A stretch of DNA of 64,000 nt from the human T2T-CHM13v2.0 reference genome, Homo sapiens. Both the position numbers and the translations under genes were made by a program. The notes beneath the pieces were generated by a model that saw nothing but the letters and a program-made list of their open reading frames with translations, ran no database searches and was not told the origin of the DNA. The stretch lies in NCBI RefSeq assembly GCF_009914755.1, contig NC_060947.1. One strand, 5' to 3'. Below, one piece after another: positions 17,590 through 34,093 of this stretch (within the stretch, counting starts at the first letter, position 1; each line of letters begins with the position of its first letter).

Positions 17590-17736
17590 ATAAGGATGAA
17601 TATCTTAAGAAGACTAGAGATGGTGTTTTGCCTCCCTACCAGGATGCTAAACCACCCTCTCCTGCTTCAATTAAAAAGACATACACCACTAGCAAATTCA
17701 ATGATGCTGAACCTGCAAAGGGAAACTTATTTATTG
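17590..17736 (+). CDS. CFAP47: Internal coding exon B (147 nt, phase 1->1): DKDEYLKKTRDGVLPPYQDAKPPSPASIKKTYTTSKFNDAEPAKGNLFI
   Basis: catttgtag|AT ... ATTG|gtatgt; stop-free in the frame set by exon A (not the frame given in the ORF track); phase matches both neighbours. Confidence 0.9.
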
Positions 17737-17914
17737 GTATGTAGCAAATATATAGTGTACTTTCCAAAATTAGTCCATGACATGATCTCCTTAATATCAC
17801 TTAATTTAAGGTTAGGTTTTTACAAATAACAAGAAATTCATGAAGAAAATTGGGAATTTGTCATTAATTTTAAATGGATCATCTGTTTGGAGAGTTGTCT
17901 TCAAGGGTCAATAG

Positions 17915-18160
17915 TAGAGATTCTCTAATGTTCTTGGTTCACAGCACTCTTACTGTTTCAGTATTTACTTTTCTGAATGCCAAAATGTAGCACATAGTTC
18001 CATTTATTAAATGCATTGGGACAAAAATGTAAGAGTAGTACTTATGTGCTGTCTAATAGATGTTGCAGTAATATTTAACAAAAACGTTAATACCTGTGGA
18101 GCCTCTGTAAATTTACTGTGACATCCCAAGCACTCTCTGTGCACAGTTTGGGAACTGCAG
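17915..18160 (-). mobile_element. hAT-Charlie MITE (Charlie4/MER112-like)
   Basis: Ends gcacagtttgggaactgc; internal cttggttcacagcactctt...tcagtattt and gttccatttattaa resemble the recalled consensus. Confidence 0.5.
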
Positions 18161-18903
18161 AACTAAGGACTTGTCTCTTCGTTGTCTAACTAACTGTAGC
18201 CAAGGTTTCCTGTCTTAGAAAGAGGTCAGCACAGATAAATATGTGAGTTTCATACTATTATTTACCATTAACTGTTCAAATATTTATTTCTCTGGATGTA
18301 GGTAATAATGAACATTTTTCTTTTTATTGAATGGACCAAACCAAATTAAATAATATGAGGTTTTTAGTGAGTATGTGATTGTGCCATTATATAACCAGAT
18401 ATTTTTGGAAAAAAAAGATGAAATCATTTTATATTCTTGAAAATTACTTTAACTTGAAAATGCTTTGTTTTATTCAAGTACTTGATTTGGATAGAAAGTC
18501 ATTTGGGATCTAAACCAATATTGTCTTTGTATAATTTTTTCAGATGAGATTAAATTTTTTCTAATACATAATGCTGAAGATTGTCAATACATTTTATTAA
18601 TGTAATAAAAAATGAAAGATTCCACTTCAGGGAATATTTTCACATACCATTATGGCAAGAAGAAAATGTAACTTTTATGTATTGAAATCCAGCTATTGTT
18701 AAAACGTTTCTCTTAGGTACTTAAAAGTAAATGTATTTTCATTGTTTACTTTAAGATATAGTAAATTGACTCAGAATTTCTTTGAGAGCATAGAATAATT
18801 TGTAGAATAGGTTCTATTAGTCTGCATACAAATGACAATAACTGACAGAATATTTTACTCCTCGTCAAGTAGCCCTTTTTTAACAAACTAATTTTAATTT
18901 TAG

Positions 18904-19129
18904 GAGTGGAAGTACTGCCTGAAAATTTGCACTTGGATGAAAGTGAAACATCAGAGGAAGATCATGGGTCTCTGGAAAAGGAAAAATATGAACAATTCCT
19001 TTCTCTTGAGGAAGGAACAAAGGCACACTACTTTTTTGAGAAGGTTGTAAATGCAGCACAGACCTGGTTCAGTCTCTTTGGCTGGCCTGAAGGACCCCAT
19101 TCTTTTTCTATTCCAGAGACTATAAGAAG
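18904..19129 (+). CDS. CFAP47: Internal coding exon C (226 nt, phase 1->2): GVEVLPENLHLDESETSEED...WFSLFGWPEGPHSFSIPETIR
   Basis: ttttaattttag|GA ... AGAAG|gtgaga; coincides with ORF 18906-19133. Confidence 0.93.
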
Positions 19130-20374
19130 GTGAGAGTCCCATGTTTCTCTAAATTCTTTGCTTCATATCACATCATAAAATATAATCTATTGATTGAGAT
19201 TATTTTAAGTGAAATACAATATGAAGTAATTTATTCTAAACTGATATATTATGAAGCATCTCATAATTTATTGTTGTTATTGCAAGAAGAGTAAAATGAT
19301 GCAAACACAAATTTTTTAGTATAATGTCATCTTTAATTTCTTTTAAATATCTGATAATTTTAGGCAAGCACTGAACATCTCTGAACCTCACCTTCCTCAT
19401 CTGTGATATGAGGAAGGTTATACTGTGAGTAGGAAAGCCCTTTTAATATTAGCCCTAGATCGAGATTATAGCCAGGTAGACAGGTAATGGTATTAATGAA
19501 CAAGGAGGGCTCACTTTTCTTTGACTTGATTTCCTCTTTTACAGTGCATTTACTTCCCTTCTTTCATGTGCTGTTTTGTTACTCAGTATGTCTAAAATAG
19601 TTCAACTGTTTTGATTATATCAAGTGACTTACTTCTGTTGTTAATGTAAACAGGAGTTTAGGCCTGTTACTGGTTATAATGTTGTTGGTGTGATATGTTC
19701 TCAGAGCTTTTCTACCTGCTTTCTCAGCAATGAGGTAACTTGCTGCAACCACGGCAGGGAGTACAGTACTCATAGCTATAGTGGACTATGGGCTATTTAT
19801 AGAATTTCTGCTCTATATTCGAGTGACCTAGGTAAAACTAAGGCTGCAGTTTTCCTATATGTTACCTTTTTCAGGTTTTTTAATTAATAGGACAAACCTA
19901 GCTTCATGGAATGAATTGGCTAATATTTCATCTTTGTCCCTGCTGTGAGAAAATTAATGCAATTGATACCCTGAAAATTTATAGTTTTCATCATAAAATC
20001 ATTTGTTATTGAAACATTTTTTGGAATGTTTGTGCATCTTCTTTCTTGAACCTGAAGATAGAGATTGTCAGAAATGCTCTTTGTTGATGTGTACCTTGCG
20101 TAATTTCACTCTTTAGAAACACCACTTCACAGCAATAAGGAAGATAAGGCCCGGTTCATTTGTTGATTGCTGAGATATATACAAGTAGAATAGCAGAAGA
20201 CAAAGAAATTATTTGAGGGGATTTCCTATTTATTGATAATTCTTAGTCTGTTTTCTTTTTCATAAGGCTATGAAAATTTTATTAACTTATATTTTGTCTT
20301 TTACAATAACTTTTCTTCATAAACATATTTTGGGATCTAGTTAATGAATTAGATGACTTATGGAGTTTTTTCAA

Positions 20375-20935
20375 ATTTTTGAACAAATTGCAATCATATA
20401 TAATTATACGGTACACAGCGTTAATATGGTATATATATGTACAGTGTGGAATAATTAAATCAAGATAATGAACATATTCATCATCTTAAGTATTTATCAT
20501 TTATTTCTCTTGTATAATTGCAACCTTGTATCATTTGACCAACATCTCTCGGGTCCCTCAACCTTCAGCCTCTGATGACCACCATTTCACTCTCAGCTTC
20601 AATGAATTCAACTTTTTTAGATAAAATGTATGAGTGAGATCATGTAATATTCATCTTTCTATGCCTGGCTTATTTCACTTAGCATAATGTCCTTCAGGTT
20701 CATCCATGTTGTCAAAAACTACTGGATTTCACTCTTTTTTAAGGCTGAGGAGTGTTACATTTTCTTTATCCATTCATCTGTTGATTGACACTTAGGTTGA
20801 TTCCATATCTTGGCTATTGTGAATAATGCTGTAATAAACCTGGGAGTGATTATATCGTTTCAATGTACTGATTTCATTTACTTTAAATAGATGCCCAGTA
20901 TTGGGATAGGTGGATCATGTGGTAGCTTTATTTTA
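20375..20935 (-). mobile_element. L1MA (MA8/9-like) 3' end; resumes at ~27841-28060
   Basis: Old L1 3' UTR breaks at ggtagctttattttaat and continues as tagttttatttttatttttttgaggaacctccata at 27841. Confidence 0.75.
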
Positions 20936-20964
20936 ATGTTTTAATTTTAATTTTATATGTATTA

Positions 20965-20967
20965 TTT

Positions 20968-21010
<43 letters not shown>

Positions 21011-21290
21011 GAGATGGAGTCTCTCTCTGTCACCCAGACTGGGGTGTAGTGGCGCAATCTCGGCTAACTGCAACCTCCGCTTCCCGGGCTCAAGCAGTTC
21101 TTCTGCCTCAGCCTCCCAAGTAGCTGAGACTACAGGTGCTTGCCACCATGCCTGGCTAATTTTTGTATTTTTCATAGAGACAGGGTTTCACTATGTTGGC
21201 CAGGCTGGTCTAGAACTCCTGACCTCGTGATCCACCTGCCTTGGCATCCCAAAGTGCTGGGATTACAGGCATGAGCCACTGCGCCCAGCC
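20965..21290 (-). mobile_element. AluSg-like with (TTTA)n tail
   Basis: Alu body 21011-21290 with gacctcgtgatcc; tetranucleotide tail upstream. Confidence 0.88.
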
Positions 21291-21935
21291 TGTTGTTATT
21301 TTTTAATAATTTCAACTTTTATTTTAGATTCAGGGGTACATGTGCAATATACATGCATATATTGTGTGATGCTGAGGTGTGGAATACAAATAATCCTGTC
21401 ACCCAAATAAAGAGCACAGTACACAACAGTTTTTCGACACTTGTTTCCTTCCCTCATGTCTCCTTCTGTTAGTCCTGAGTGCCTTTTGTGGCCATCTTTT
21501 TGTTCATGAGTACCCAATATTTAGGTCCCACAAGAGAGAGCATGCGGTATTTGGTTTTTTTGTTCCTGTGTTTATTCATTTAAGATAATGGTCCAGCTGC
21601 ATCCATGTTGCTGCAAATGACATGATTTCATTCTTTTTTATGGTTTCATAGTATTCCATTGTGTATATATACCACATTTTCTTTATCCAGTCCACCATTG
21701 ATGGGGAACTAGGTTGATTCTATCTCTTTGCTATCACTATTGCTGTGATGAATATACAAGTGCATATGGCTTTTGGTAGAATGATTTATTTTCTTTTGGA
21801 TATATACCCCACAATGGGATTGCTGGGTTGAATGGTATTTCTGTTTTAAGTTCTTTGAGAAATCTCCAAACTGCTTTCCACAGTAGCTGATCTTACTTGC
21901 ATTCCTACCAATAGTATTTAAACATTCACTTTTCT

Positions 21936-22127
21936 TTTTTTTCTTTTTTTTTTTTTATTATACTTTAAGTTTTAGGGTACATGTGCATAACGTGCAGGTT
22001 TGTTACATATGTATACATGTGCCATGTTGGTGTGCTGCACCCATTAACTCATCATTTAACATTAGGTATATCTCCTAATGCTATCCCTCCCCCCTCCCCC
22101 CACCCCACAACAAGCCCCGGTGTGTGA
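21936..22127 (-). mobile_element. Very short young L1PA (PA2-4-like) 3' end
   Basis: ttattatactttaagttttagggtacatgtgc...; perfect 17-bp TSD taaacattcacttttct at 21919-21935 and 22128-22144. Confidence 0.9.
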
Positions 22128-22945
22128 TAAACATTCACTTTTCTCTGCAGCCTCACAAACATCTCTTTTTTTTGCCTGTTTAGTAATAGCCATTCTGACT
22201 GGTGTGAGATGGTATCTCACTGTGATGTTGATTTGTATTTCTCTGATGTTTAGTAATGTTGAGCACTTTTTCATATGTTCATTGGCCAGTTATATATCTC
22301 CTTTTGAAAAGTGTCTGTTTATGTTATTTGCCCACTTTTTAATGGGGTTATTTGTTTTTTGCTTTTAAACTGTTTCAGTTCCTTCTAGGTTATGGATATT
22401 AGACCTTTGTCAGATGCATAGTTTGCAAATATTTGCTCCCATTCTGTAGGTTGTCTGTTTACTCTGTTAATAGTTTCCTTTGCTGTGCAGAAGCCCTTTA
22501 GTTTAACTGGTCCCACTTGTCACTTTTTTCTTTTTGTTGCAATTGATTTTGAGGACTTAGACATAAATTCTTTCCCAAGGCCAATGTCCAGAATGGTGAT
22601 TCCTAGGTTTTCCTCTAGAATTCTTATAGATTGGGACTTTATATTTAAATCTTTAATCCATCCTGAGTGAATTTTTGTATATGGTGAAAGTTAGGGGTCT
22701 ACTTTTAATCGTCTGCAAATGACTAGCCAAGTATCATAGTATCATTTATTGAATACAGAATCCTTTCTCCATTGCTTATTTTTGTTGACTGTGTTGAAGA
22801 TTAGATGGCTGTAGCTATACAGCTTTATTTCTGGATTCTCTATTCTGTTCCGTTGGTCTTTGTGTCTGTTTTTATACCAGTACCATCCAATTTTGGTTCC
22901 TGTAGCCTTATAGTACAGTTTGAAGTCAGGTAATACAGCGCCTCC

Positions 22946-22988
<43 letters not shown>

Positions 22989-23507
22989 CAGGAGTCATTC
23001 GGTTATTTGGGCTTATTTTTGGTTACATATGAATTTTAGAAAAGTTTTTTTTTATAATTCTTTGAAAAATAGCATTGGTAATGTGGTAGAAATAGCAGTG
23101 AATCTGTAGATTGCTTTGGGCAGTAAGTCCATTTTAACTATATTGATTCTTCCAATCAATGAGCATAAAATGTTTTTCCATTTGTTTGTGTCATCTATGA
23201 TTTCTTTCAGCAGTGTTTTATAGATCTCCTTGTATAGATCTTTCACCCCCTTGGTCAGATGTATTATTAGGTATTTTATTTTTCTGTGGCTATTGTAAAT
23301 AGGACTGCCTTCTTGATTTGGCTCTCAGTGTGAACATTATTGGTGTATAGAAATACTACCAATTTTCATACATTGATTTTGTATCTTGAAACTTTACTGA
23401 AGTCATTTGTCAGTTACAGCAAATCTCTGGGATGCAGCAAAAACATTGTTAAGAGGAATGTTTATAATGCTAAACACCTACCTCAAAAATTAGAAAGATT
23501 CCAAATT

Positions 23508-23822
<315 letters not shown>

Positions 23823-23856
23823 TTAAACTTCACACATTGAGGCAGTAGAAAAACTA

Positions 23857-26701
<2,845 letters not shown>

Positions 26702-28599
26702 AGAAAAACTAGGAAAACTAACTCAAAAGCTAGCAGAAGAAAATAAATTACTAAAATAAGAGCAGAACTCAATGAACTTGAAACTCAAAAATATATGCAA
26801 AGAATCAACAAAACCAAAACATGGTTTTTTGAAAAGATAAACAAGATTGATAGACTACTAGCTAGACTAAGAAAGAAAAAAAGAGAGAATATACAAATAA
26901 GCACAATCAAAATCACTAAATGTGGCATTACAACTGATCCCACAGAAATACAAAGGATCCTAAGAGATGTTTATGAACACTTCGGTGCACAAGAACTAGA
27001 AAATTTAGAGAATGTGGATAAATTCCTGGAAGCACACATCCTCTCAAGATTGAATCAGGAAGAAATTGAATCCCTGAACAGATCAATATTGATTTCAAAA
27101 ATTAAATAAGTAATAAAAAACCTACTAACAAAAGCCATGGGCCAAAAGAATTCACAGCCAAATTCTACCAGATATTCAAAGAAGAGCTGTTAACAATTAT
27201 ACTGATTCTATTCCAAAAAATCAAGGAGGAAAGACTCCTCCCTAACACACTCTTGGAAGCCAGCATCACTGTGATACCAAAACCTGGCAGAGACACATTG
27301 AAAAAAGAAAACTATAGGCCAATATTCCTGATGAACATAGATGTAAAAATCCTTAATAGAATATTAGAAAACTGAATCCAGTAGCACATCAAAATGCTAA
27401 TTCACCATGATCAAGTAGGCTTCATTCCTGGGATGCAAGGTTGATTCAACACACACTAATTAGTCAATGATTCACCGCATGTAAGGAATTAAAAACAAAA
27501 ACTGTGTGATCATCTCAATAGATGTGATAAAAGCCTTCAATAATATCCAACATCCCTTCATGATAAAAAATCTCAACAGAGTCACCAGCAAAGGAACATA
27601 CCTGAAAATAACAAGAGCCATCTATGACAGCCAATATCATACTGAATGGGCATAAGCTGGAACCATTTCCCTTGAGTACTAGAACAAAACATGGATGCCC
27701 ACTCTGACCACTGCTATTCAAAATAGTATGAGAAGTCCTTTTCAGAGCAAGCAGACAAGAGAAAGAAACAAAAGGCATCCAAATAAAAGAAGTCTTACTT
27801 CTGTCTTCACTGATGTTATGATTTTATGCTTAGAAAACCCTAGTTTTATTTTTATTTTTTTGAGGAACCTCCATAATGTTTCCTACATCACTGTACTAAT
27901 TTACCTTCCTACCAGAAGTGTGCAAGGGTTCCCTTTTCTCCGCATCTTCTCCAAAACTTGTTATTGTTCATATTTCTTATAAGTCAATATAACAGGCCTG
28001 AGATAATATCTCGTTGGGATTTTAATTTGTACTTCCTTTATAATTAATGACTTTGGGCATCAGTCTGTTTTCAGTTCCTAGAAGCCCTTAGGTATTATTT
28101 CTTTTTTGCTCTTCCCCTAATCACCAGAAGATAGAAGTAGCCCTGGAAATAGACAAGAAAACACAATTTATGTTTCAGAGATAATCACAGAAAATGTAGT
28201 AAATATTATAGTCTATTCTTTTCAAGCTGGGTGAATTGTAGAAATAACATTTTCTATAAACACCGCTGAGAAGATCTCTAAGCAACTAATCATAGAGTCA
28301 TTTGAATCGTACTGGAAGTCCCACTTATTCTGAGAGAAGTAATTGCAGTACATGTAGGTGCTGTCCCAGGATTCCACTCTAGCATGAAGCTTCCTGCAGC
28401 TGCCACATACAAACAACACATCCTAGAATGCCAGTCAGGAAGCTTAAGGGGAAGCTTAAGGAAAGCTTGTTCCAAAGCTAACTATTCCATCCCAGAGCCT
28501 CTCATTTAGTATAATACATAGAATCTTATAGAAAATCAAATCCTTCCAGTAGAATGTTTTATCTTTCATAACAAGAGGATCTGAAATGAGGAAAATATT

Positions 28600-28752
28600 T
28601 CCTCTATGCCTCCATTTTCTCATCTGTAAAAAAGGAGATAATGATAATACCTAACCAATACAGTTGTTGTAACATTTATGAGATAATATATTTAATGCAT
28701 GTCAGAGCAGACCTTAGGACCTAGTAAGTCTTCAGTAAATCTTAGCTATTAT
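28600..28752 (+). mobile_element. MIR
   Basis: cctctatgcctccattttctcatctgtaaaaaaggagataatgataatacct core. Confidence 0.7.
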
Positions 28753-28965
28753 TAATAAGTTTAATTAGGATTATGTTAATATAGTTATGTATTTCTAATT
28801 TCATTAATCATATTCACCAACTCTTTTTGTATTTGGCAGTAGAGAGTCAGTTTAAAACTCATCATTTTCAAGAGAGCACTTTTCCAAATTATGTTTTATT
28901 AATAATATTTCACCTTTCTTTGCAGGATGTTTCCCCAGCTTGATTCAGGAACATTTGACTTTTAT

Positions 28966-29131
28966 TTATATAAATACACACACATGTGCATACATACATA
29001 TAGATGTAGTATACATATATGCATGTATACATGCATGTATACATGTACGTATGTATACACATATATGTGTATATGTACTTATATATTACATATATACTTA
29101 TATATGTATGTATATATATGCACATATATAT
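28966..29131. repeat. Degenerate (TA/CA/TG)n microsatellite
   Basis: Alternating purine-pyrimidine tract; source of spurious YIHT-rich ORFs. Confidence 0.9.
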
Positions 29132-31075
29132 AGCATAGCATGCTTTTCTCTTTGCAGCTTTGAGCTGCTGGCAAGCTCACTGATAAATTTAATAGTATTA
29201 AAATGAAATGTCACCTCCATTTCTGGGCATCCTGCCCATTCATACTGTAAACAGTGTCCAACAAAGTCATAGAAACTTGACTTTAGATTCAAGCTAAGTA
29301 TTAAAATGAAAATGACTATAATAACTCATTCTAGTTGTGTTCCTTGAATTCTTACTTTTGCACACTAGTATAACAATAATGAGATATTCTACAATTCTTA
29401 TGTTTAAAAGAGTTTTATTTGTTAATCATTTTACTGCATGTTTGCTGGTGATAGTGATGGGTGAGACTTTTGAATATTTTCAATCTCCAAATAGGGGATT
29501 CTCCTAATTGAAAAATAAACAAAATCCTTTAACATATTAATATATATGTAAGAGCAAAATGAATATAGTTAAACTATATATAGGCAACTATGGAGTTATT
29601 AAACAATAATGATTTAATAATGTTTAATACTATTATTTTTGTTTAATTATGGTTTTTAATCAGTTCATATTTGCCTATATATTTATCAACATCATTGTTC
29701 TTTTTTTTGCATCATTAGTCTTGCAGGTAGGATGATTTTTATTTTCTCAAATGTTGCAGTATGAATACTATTCTATGACCTATATTTCATTGCAGTAATT
29801 TTGTTTTTATTTGATTTAATCTACTGTTAGACTCATCCATTGATTTCTTAATTTTATTTATTCAGATTTTTATTTGTGAATGCTCCATTAGTCAAATTTT
29901 ATGTACCTTATTGTTCCATGGCAAAATTATCAATTTTGAACATAGTACATATGGTTAGTTTAAAACCTGTGTCTTACAACTATAATACCTGGGATCCCTG
30001 AATGTCTGTTTTTATTGCTTATTGTTCATTTTAGTTTGCATTAATCTTGACCAATAGTGGTATTAATTTTCTCCATAAAATATTTGTTTCTTTGCTGGTA
30101 ACTTCAGGATACACTAGCTCTATCATACCCATTACTTATGAAGAAACTAAGGAACAGAAAAGTCAAGTAACTTTTATAATGTCATGCAATAAGTGGAAGA
30201 GCCATATTTTGAGCAGTGGTAGTCTATTTCTTGCCCAGTGGAACGTATTTTCTTCTGTGTGAACTTCCTATCTACCAAAGTGGGTAACTGCCATTCAAAA
30301 TGGCCTCGGGTACTTATTTGTCAATCTAAGCAAGTGATACATCTGTGACTCTCATTGCTAACAGTTAGACAATGTGGTGTGAGATATTTAATAAATTATA
30401 GACAGCAAGAATAGTGGTAATTTTTAACTTCATTTAAAGTCAGTATGCATCACAACCTTGTGCAATATTACTAGGAATTAGAGATTGCAGTATCTGATTT
30501 AAAGAACAGAGGAATATATGTTATCTGTGGGCTTTATCTTTAAAATGAAAATCCCTGCTTATTAAGCCAATGTGCAGGATTTGCCCTTCTAAGCATTAAA
30601 ATACAAATAGTGAGAAAATGTGTGTACATTATTTTTGTATATACATGTGTGATAAACATTTGAAATCTATCTTGGAAACTATTACAGACCTCATTATCTC
30701 CAATTTATATCATGCAAAATTGAGCTCAGTGAGTTTAGATAGCTTGCCATACTCACTCAGCTAGTAGGTGATGGGTTTAAATTCAATCTCTATTCTGTTT
30801 CTCAAGATCCAATCTATTCATAATCTAATACTTCAGATTTGACAGTTGCAACATTAGATAATTATGTGTGTTTAAATGAGATACTGGAAATCTATGATAA
30901 TATTTAACAAATCTTTTTTGACCAACAAATGGTAGCCTAGTGAAGTGTATTATGGAGTTTCTTACTTAGTTGATTTTAATAGAGTTTCATTTAGTCATTG
31001 AATTGAACATGTTTTTTTTTCCCCCATACTATAACATTTTGAGACTGTTTTTAATTTTAAGTCTTTTTCTCATAG

Positions 31076-31300
31076 GGATGTATATAAAATGCAATTCTAC
31101 TCATCAACCTCGCCACCCCAAAAGTTTTCCAGACAGAATGACTTTTCCAAATATAATAAGACCATTTATGATGTGCTGCTCCATTTGAGTGGAAAAATGC
31201 CACCTGGAATTAATTCAAGTCAATCTTTACCTGTAGATAACCATGAAAAAAGGGTAATTCAACTCCATTTGCAACATTCCTCACTTCTGGACTTTCTCAA
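31076..31300 (+). CDS. CFAP47: Internal coding exon D (225 nt, phase 2->2): RDVYKMQFYSSTSPPQKFSRQND...LHLQHSSLLDFL
   Basis: tctttttctcatag|G ... CTCAA|gtaagt; overlaps ORF 31089-31304; phases fit. Confidence 0.93.
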
Positions 31301-31402
31301 GTAAGTGCCTGGATGTGCTCATATAAGCATATAACTCTGGCTTGGATAGTTAGATAAATGAACAGATAGATAGACTTTGATATTATTTTCCTTTCTAACC
31401 AA

Positions 31403-31490
31403 ACACACACACACACACACACACACACATAAATATACACACACGTATATATATATTATATATATATATGTATGGTAAAGTATATATATC
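31403..31490. repeat. (AC)13 followed by (TA)n
   Basis: Read directly, about 100 nt downstream of the exon D donor. Confidence 0.9.
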
Positions 31491-31569
31491 TCACACATTT
31501 TGAAAAATATATAATGCTTAATAGCCAATAAGCATTTTATGATGTATTGGATTTTTAAGGCAATCATTC

Positions 31570-31732
31570 TTATACTTTATCATGCATCAAAATCACTGAG
31601 AGGGTCTGTTAAAACAACAGTTTACTGACCCTTACCCATTGAGTTTTTCAAAGTTAATTTTCATTTATAACAAGTTTCAAGGTGATGCTGATATTTCTGA
31701 TCCATTACCTTCATTTTGAAAATCCTGGTCTA
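31570..31732. mobile_element. MER5-like hAT-Charlie MITE
   Basis: catcaaaatcactgagagggtctgttaaaac ... aacaagtttcaaggtgatgctgat ... ttttgaaaatcctggtcta. Confidence 0.65.
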
Positions 31733-32889
31733 CAGCAAATACATAAATCCATTTAGCTAAAAAGGGATGAAACCAACAAGCTTTATTTCTCAGACTATTA
31801 TTAGTATCATCTCAATTTATGGGTACTGTGGACTTTTAGTCTGCATAGATAAATTAAAATAGTAGGAAGGCGAAAGGAATTTTAAATGGTTGATGCAAAA
31901 GATAGGAAAAATAATTGTCGTAATATCTGTGTTCCTCTGCAAAGATTAAATGGCAAGTCGCCAAGAAATGGAAAAACAATGTACATTTACATTCTGAGAA
32001 GAGTACTGGTGAATTTACATTGCTTCTTTAGCCTGCGCTTGCAACATCCATGTACACTGAAACATCCCACATCCATAGGCAGTAATTTATTTAGCATCGA
32101 GTTGAACATGTTATTACTCCCTCTTCCATGCTCCTATACAATTAAAATGGCATTTATCACTTATAATTGTTTATGTAATATGGTTAATATATTTTTAGAT
32201 GTATTATTGTGATTTTCTCTTTTGCTTCTTTGTTTATGGAATCTGCTCCATAGTTGTTCAGAGATGTTCATCTATCCTAGCAGGAATAGAGATGGAGGGC
32301 AAGAAGAATACTCTTATAGCAGGAATACAAATTAAAGATTTGACATTCAATTTTTTATTTCCAAATCAGGATTTTTGAGTCCCTAGTGATACTGTGTATT
32401 AAAACTTTGACATGTTACTTAAAATATTTTCTTTCATTTCTTAGGCTCTCAATATCATGGTAATAAGGCAAGACTGGCTTGGTTCCTTGTGGATTGCAAG
32501 GTAGCTAGAAGTTTCTAAATCACTTAAGGTGACTGAATCAAGATCCAGGCAGCTTGTCATGGCGGCTTCTGTGTTGGGATGTTAGAGGGACGCCACTGGA
32601 GAGGCAGAAGAGTGGCAGTTGTCTGGCCCTGATGCCACAATAGGAATGACAAATATATGAGGACTAGGGAGTGGCTGAGTCAGTTATAGGAGACCTCTTG
32701 GTCCTTGACGGGCCTAAGGGCAGAGACAGAAGATCCCCATCTCAGACATCAGCAGCATATGCCCACATGACACAGACATTTCAGGCAGAGAAGAGGCACA
32801 GCAAAAAAAGAACAAGTATCCAGAAATGCAGTCACCGACCTTCATGTACAAATATAGGAATCCCTCTCCCTGTCTCGTGTAAGCCCAAA

Positions 32890-33065
32890 TCCAGCATGGA
32901 TGATCCTAATTCTGAGAGTTCTTAATACAATTTGAGGAACCCTTCTATATAAAATAGCAAATGAAAAATATAAATATTAGATACATGGCTTTAGAAGGTA
33001 ATCATGAAAGTAAAAAAACCTGAAGTTAAAACGGTATTTATTTGACAATGAGTCTACCTTTTCTC
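32890..33065 (-). mobile_element. MER53-like hAT MITE
   Basis: atacaatttgaggaacccttct...aaatattagatacatggctttagaagg resembles the reverse complement of recalled MER53. Confidence 0.45.
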
Positions 33066-33629
33066 AGGTGCCATCTGGCATGGATAGGTGGGGGTGAAAT
33101 TTTGCCTGTTAATCACAAATAACAGAATTTCTGTAAAGAGATTCTTTGGGTAGAAGACCTAAAGATACATGGAGATGCAATTTTGCATTTTCTCTGTATC
33201 CTTCTGCACTCAATCTAAATGGGAGAATGAGAATGGTTATATCAGTTAAGGAAATAACACAGCTATGTGGAATTTTGTAAATCACTTTCAACTCCGCTGG
33301 CTTATCCCTGAGTCAGTGAATCCCACAAATCTGTGAGCATCTTAAGGGCAGAAACCACATCTCATTCATCTGGAATTTCTAACACCCAGGATCACTGGGA
33401 GCATGGAATGGGGCCAATGTTCATTACATATTTATTTTTTAACATTTTCTTTCACAGAGATTTACCTTTTGAATTTGTGTGGTATAAGGAATGAAACATG
33501 GAAATTGCATCGCAGGACATTTATATAAGAATGAAGAAAATGCTGTGAAATATAAAAAGTGGTAAAAGAAAGGGTGAAAAATTTGCATTTCAGGAAGGAG
33601 AATGTAACAAATGAGAGGGTCAAGTTGGA

Positions 33630-33983
33630 GCAAACAACGTAAATTTTTTTTCTCAGAGTTCTGGATGCTAGAAGTCCAAGATCAAGGTATTGTCAAGGTT
33701 GGTTTCTTCCGAGGTTTCTCTGCTGGCAGATAAACTCTTCTTGCTGTGTCCTCATGTGGTTTTTCCTCTGTGTACCCATTTCCCTGATGTCTTTCTGTGT
33801 ATTCAAATTTCATCTTCTTATAAAGACACAAGCCAAACTGGATTTGGTACCACTCTAATTACATCATTTTACATTAGTTATCTTTTTAAAGACCCTAACT
33901 CCAAATACAGTCACATTCTGAAGTCCTGAAATTTATGGTTTCAACATATGAACTTTGTGGAGGGGTGTAATGTAGACCATAGC
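33630..33983 (-). mobile_element. MLT1B/C MaLR LTR (partial)
   Basis: gttctggatgctagaagtccaagatcaagg ... ccaaatacagtcacattctgaag ... accatagca. Confidence 0.8.
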
Positions 33984-34093
33984 AATACCATATGTGTTAT
34001 ATTATGAAACAATATTCTGTAACTGAATGTTATATTTTATAATAAATTTTGTATGGATATATTTGCAGTAATATATTTCTTGTCATTTGTGTC

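Noticed and set aside
17596-17829. ORF-track peptide MNILRRLEMV...
   Set aside because: Wrong frame; the splice-compatible frame is DKDEYLKKTRDG.
19391-19417. 10-bp hairpin ccttcctcat/atgaggaagg
   Set aside because: Lies in a MIR core that is naturally quasi-palindromic; too short to be notable.
28910-29292. Overlapping Y/I/H/T/C-rich ORFs
   Set aside because: Artefact of the TA/CA microsatellite.
32592-32608. CTCF-like motif ccactggagaggcag
   Set aside because: Needs an indel and a mismatch to fit the consensus; chance level.
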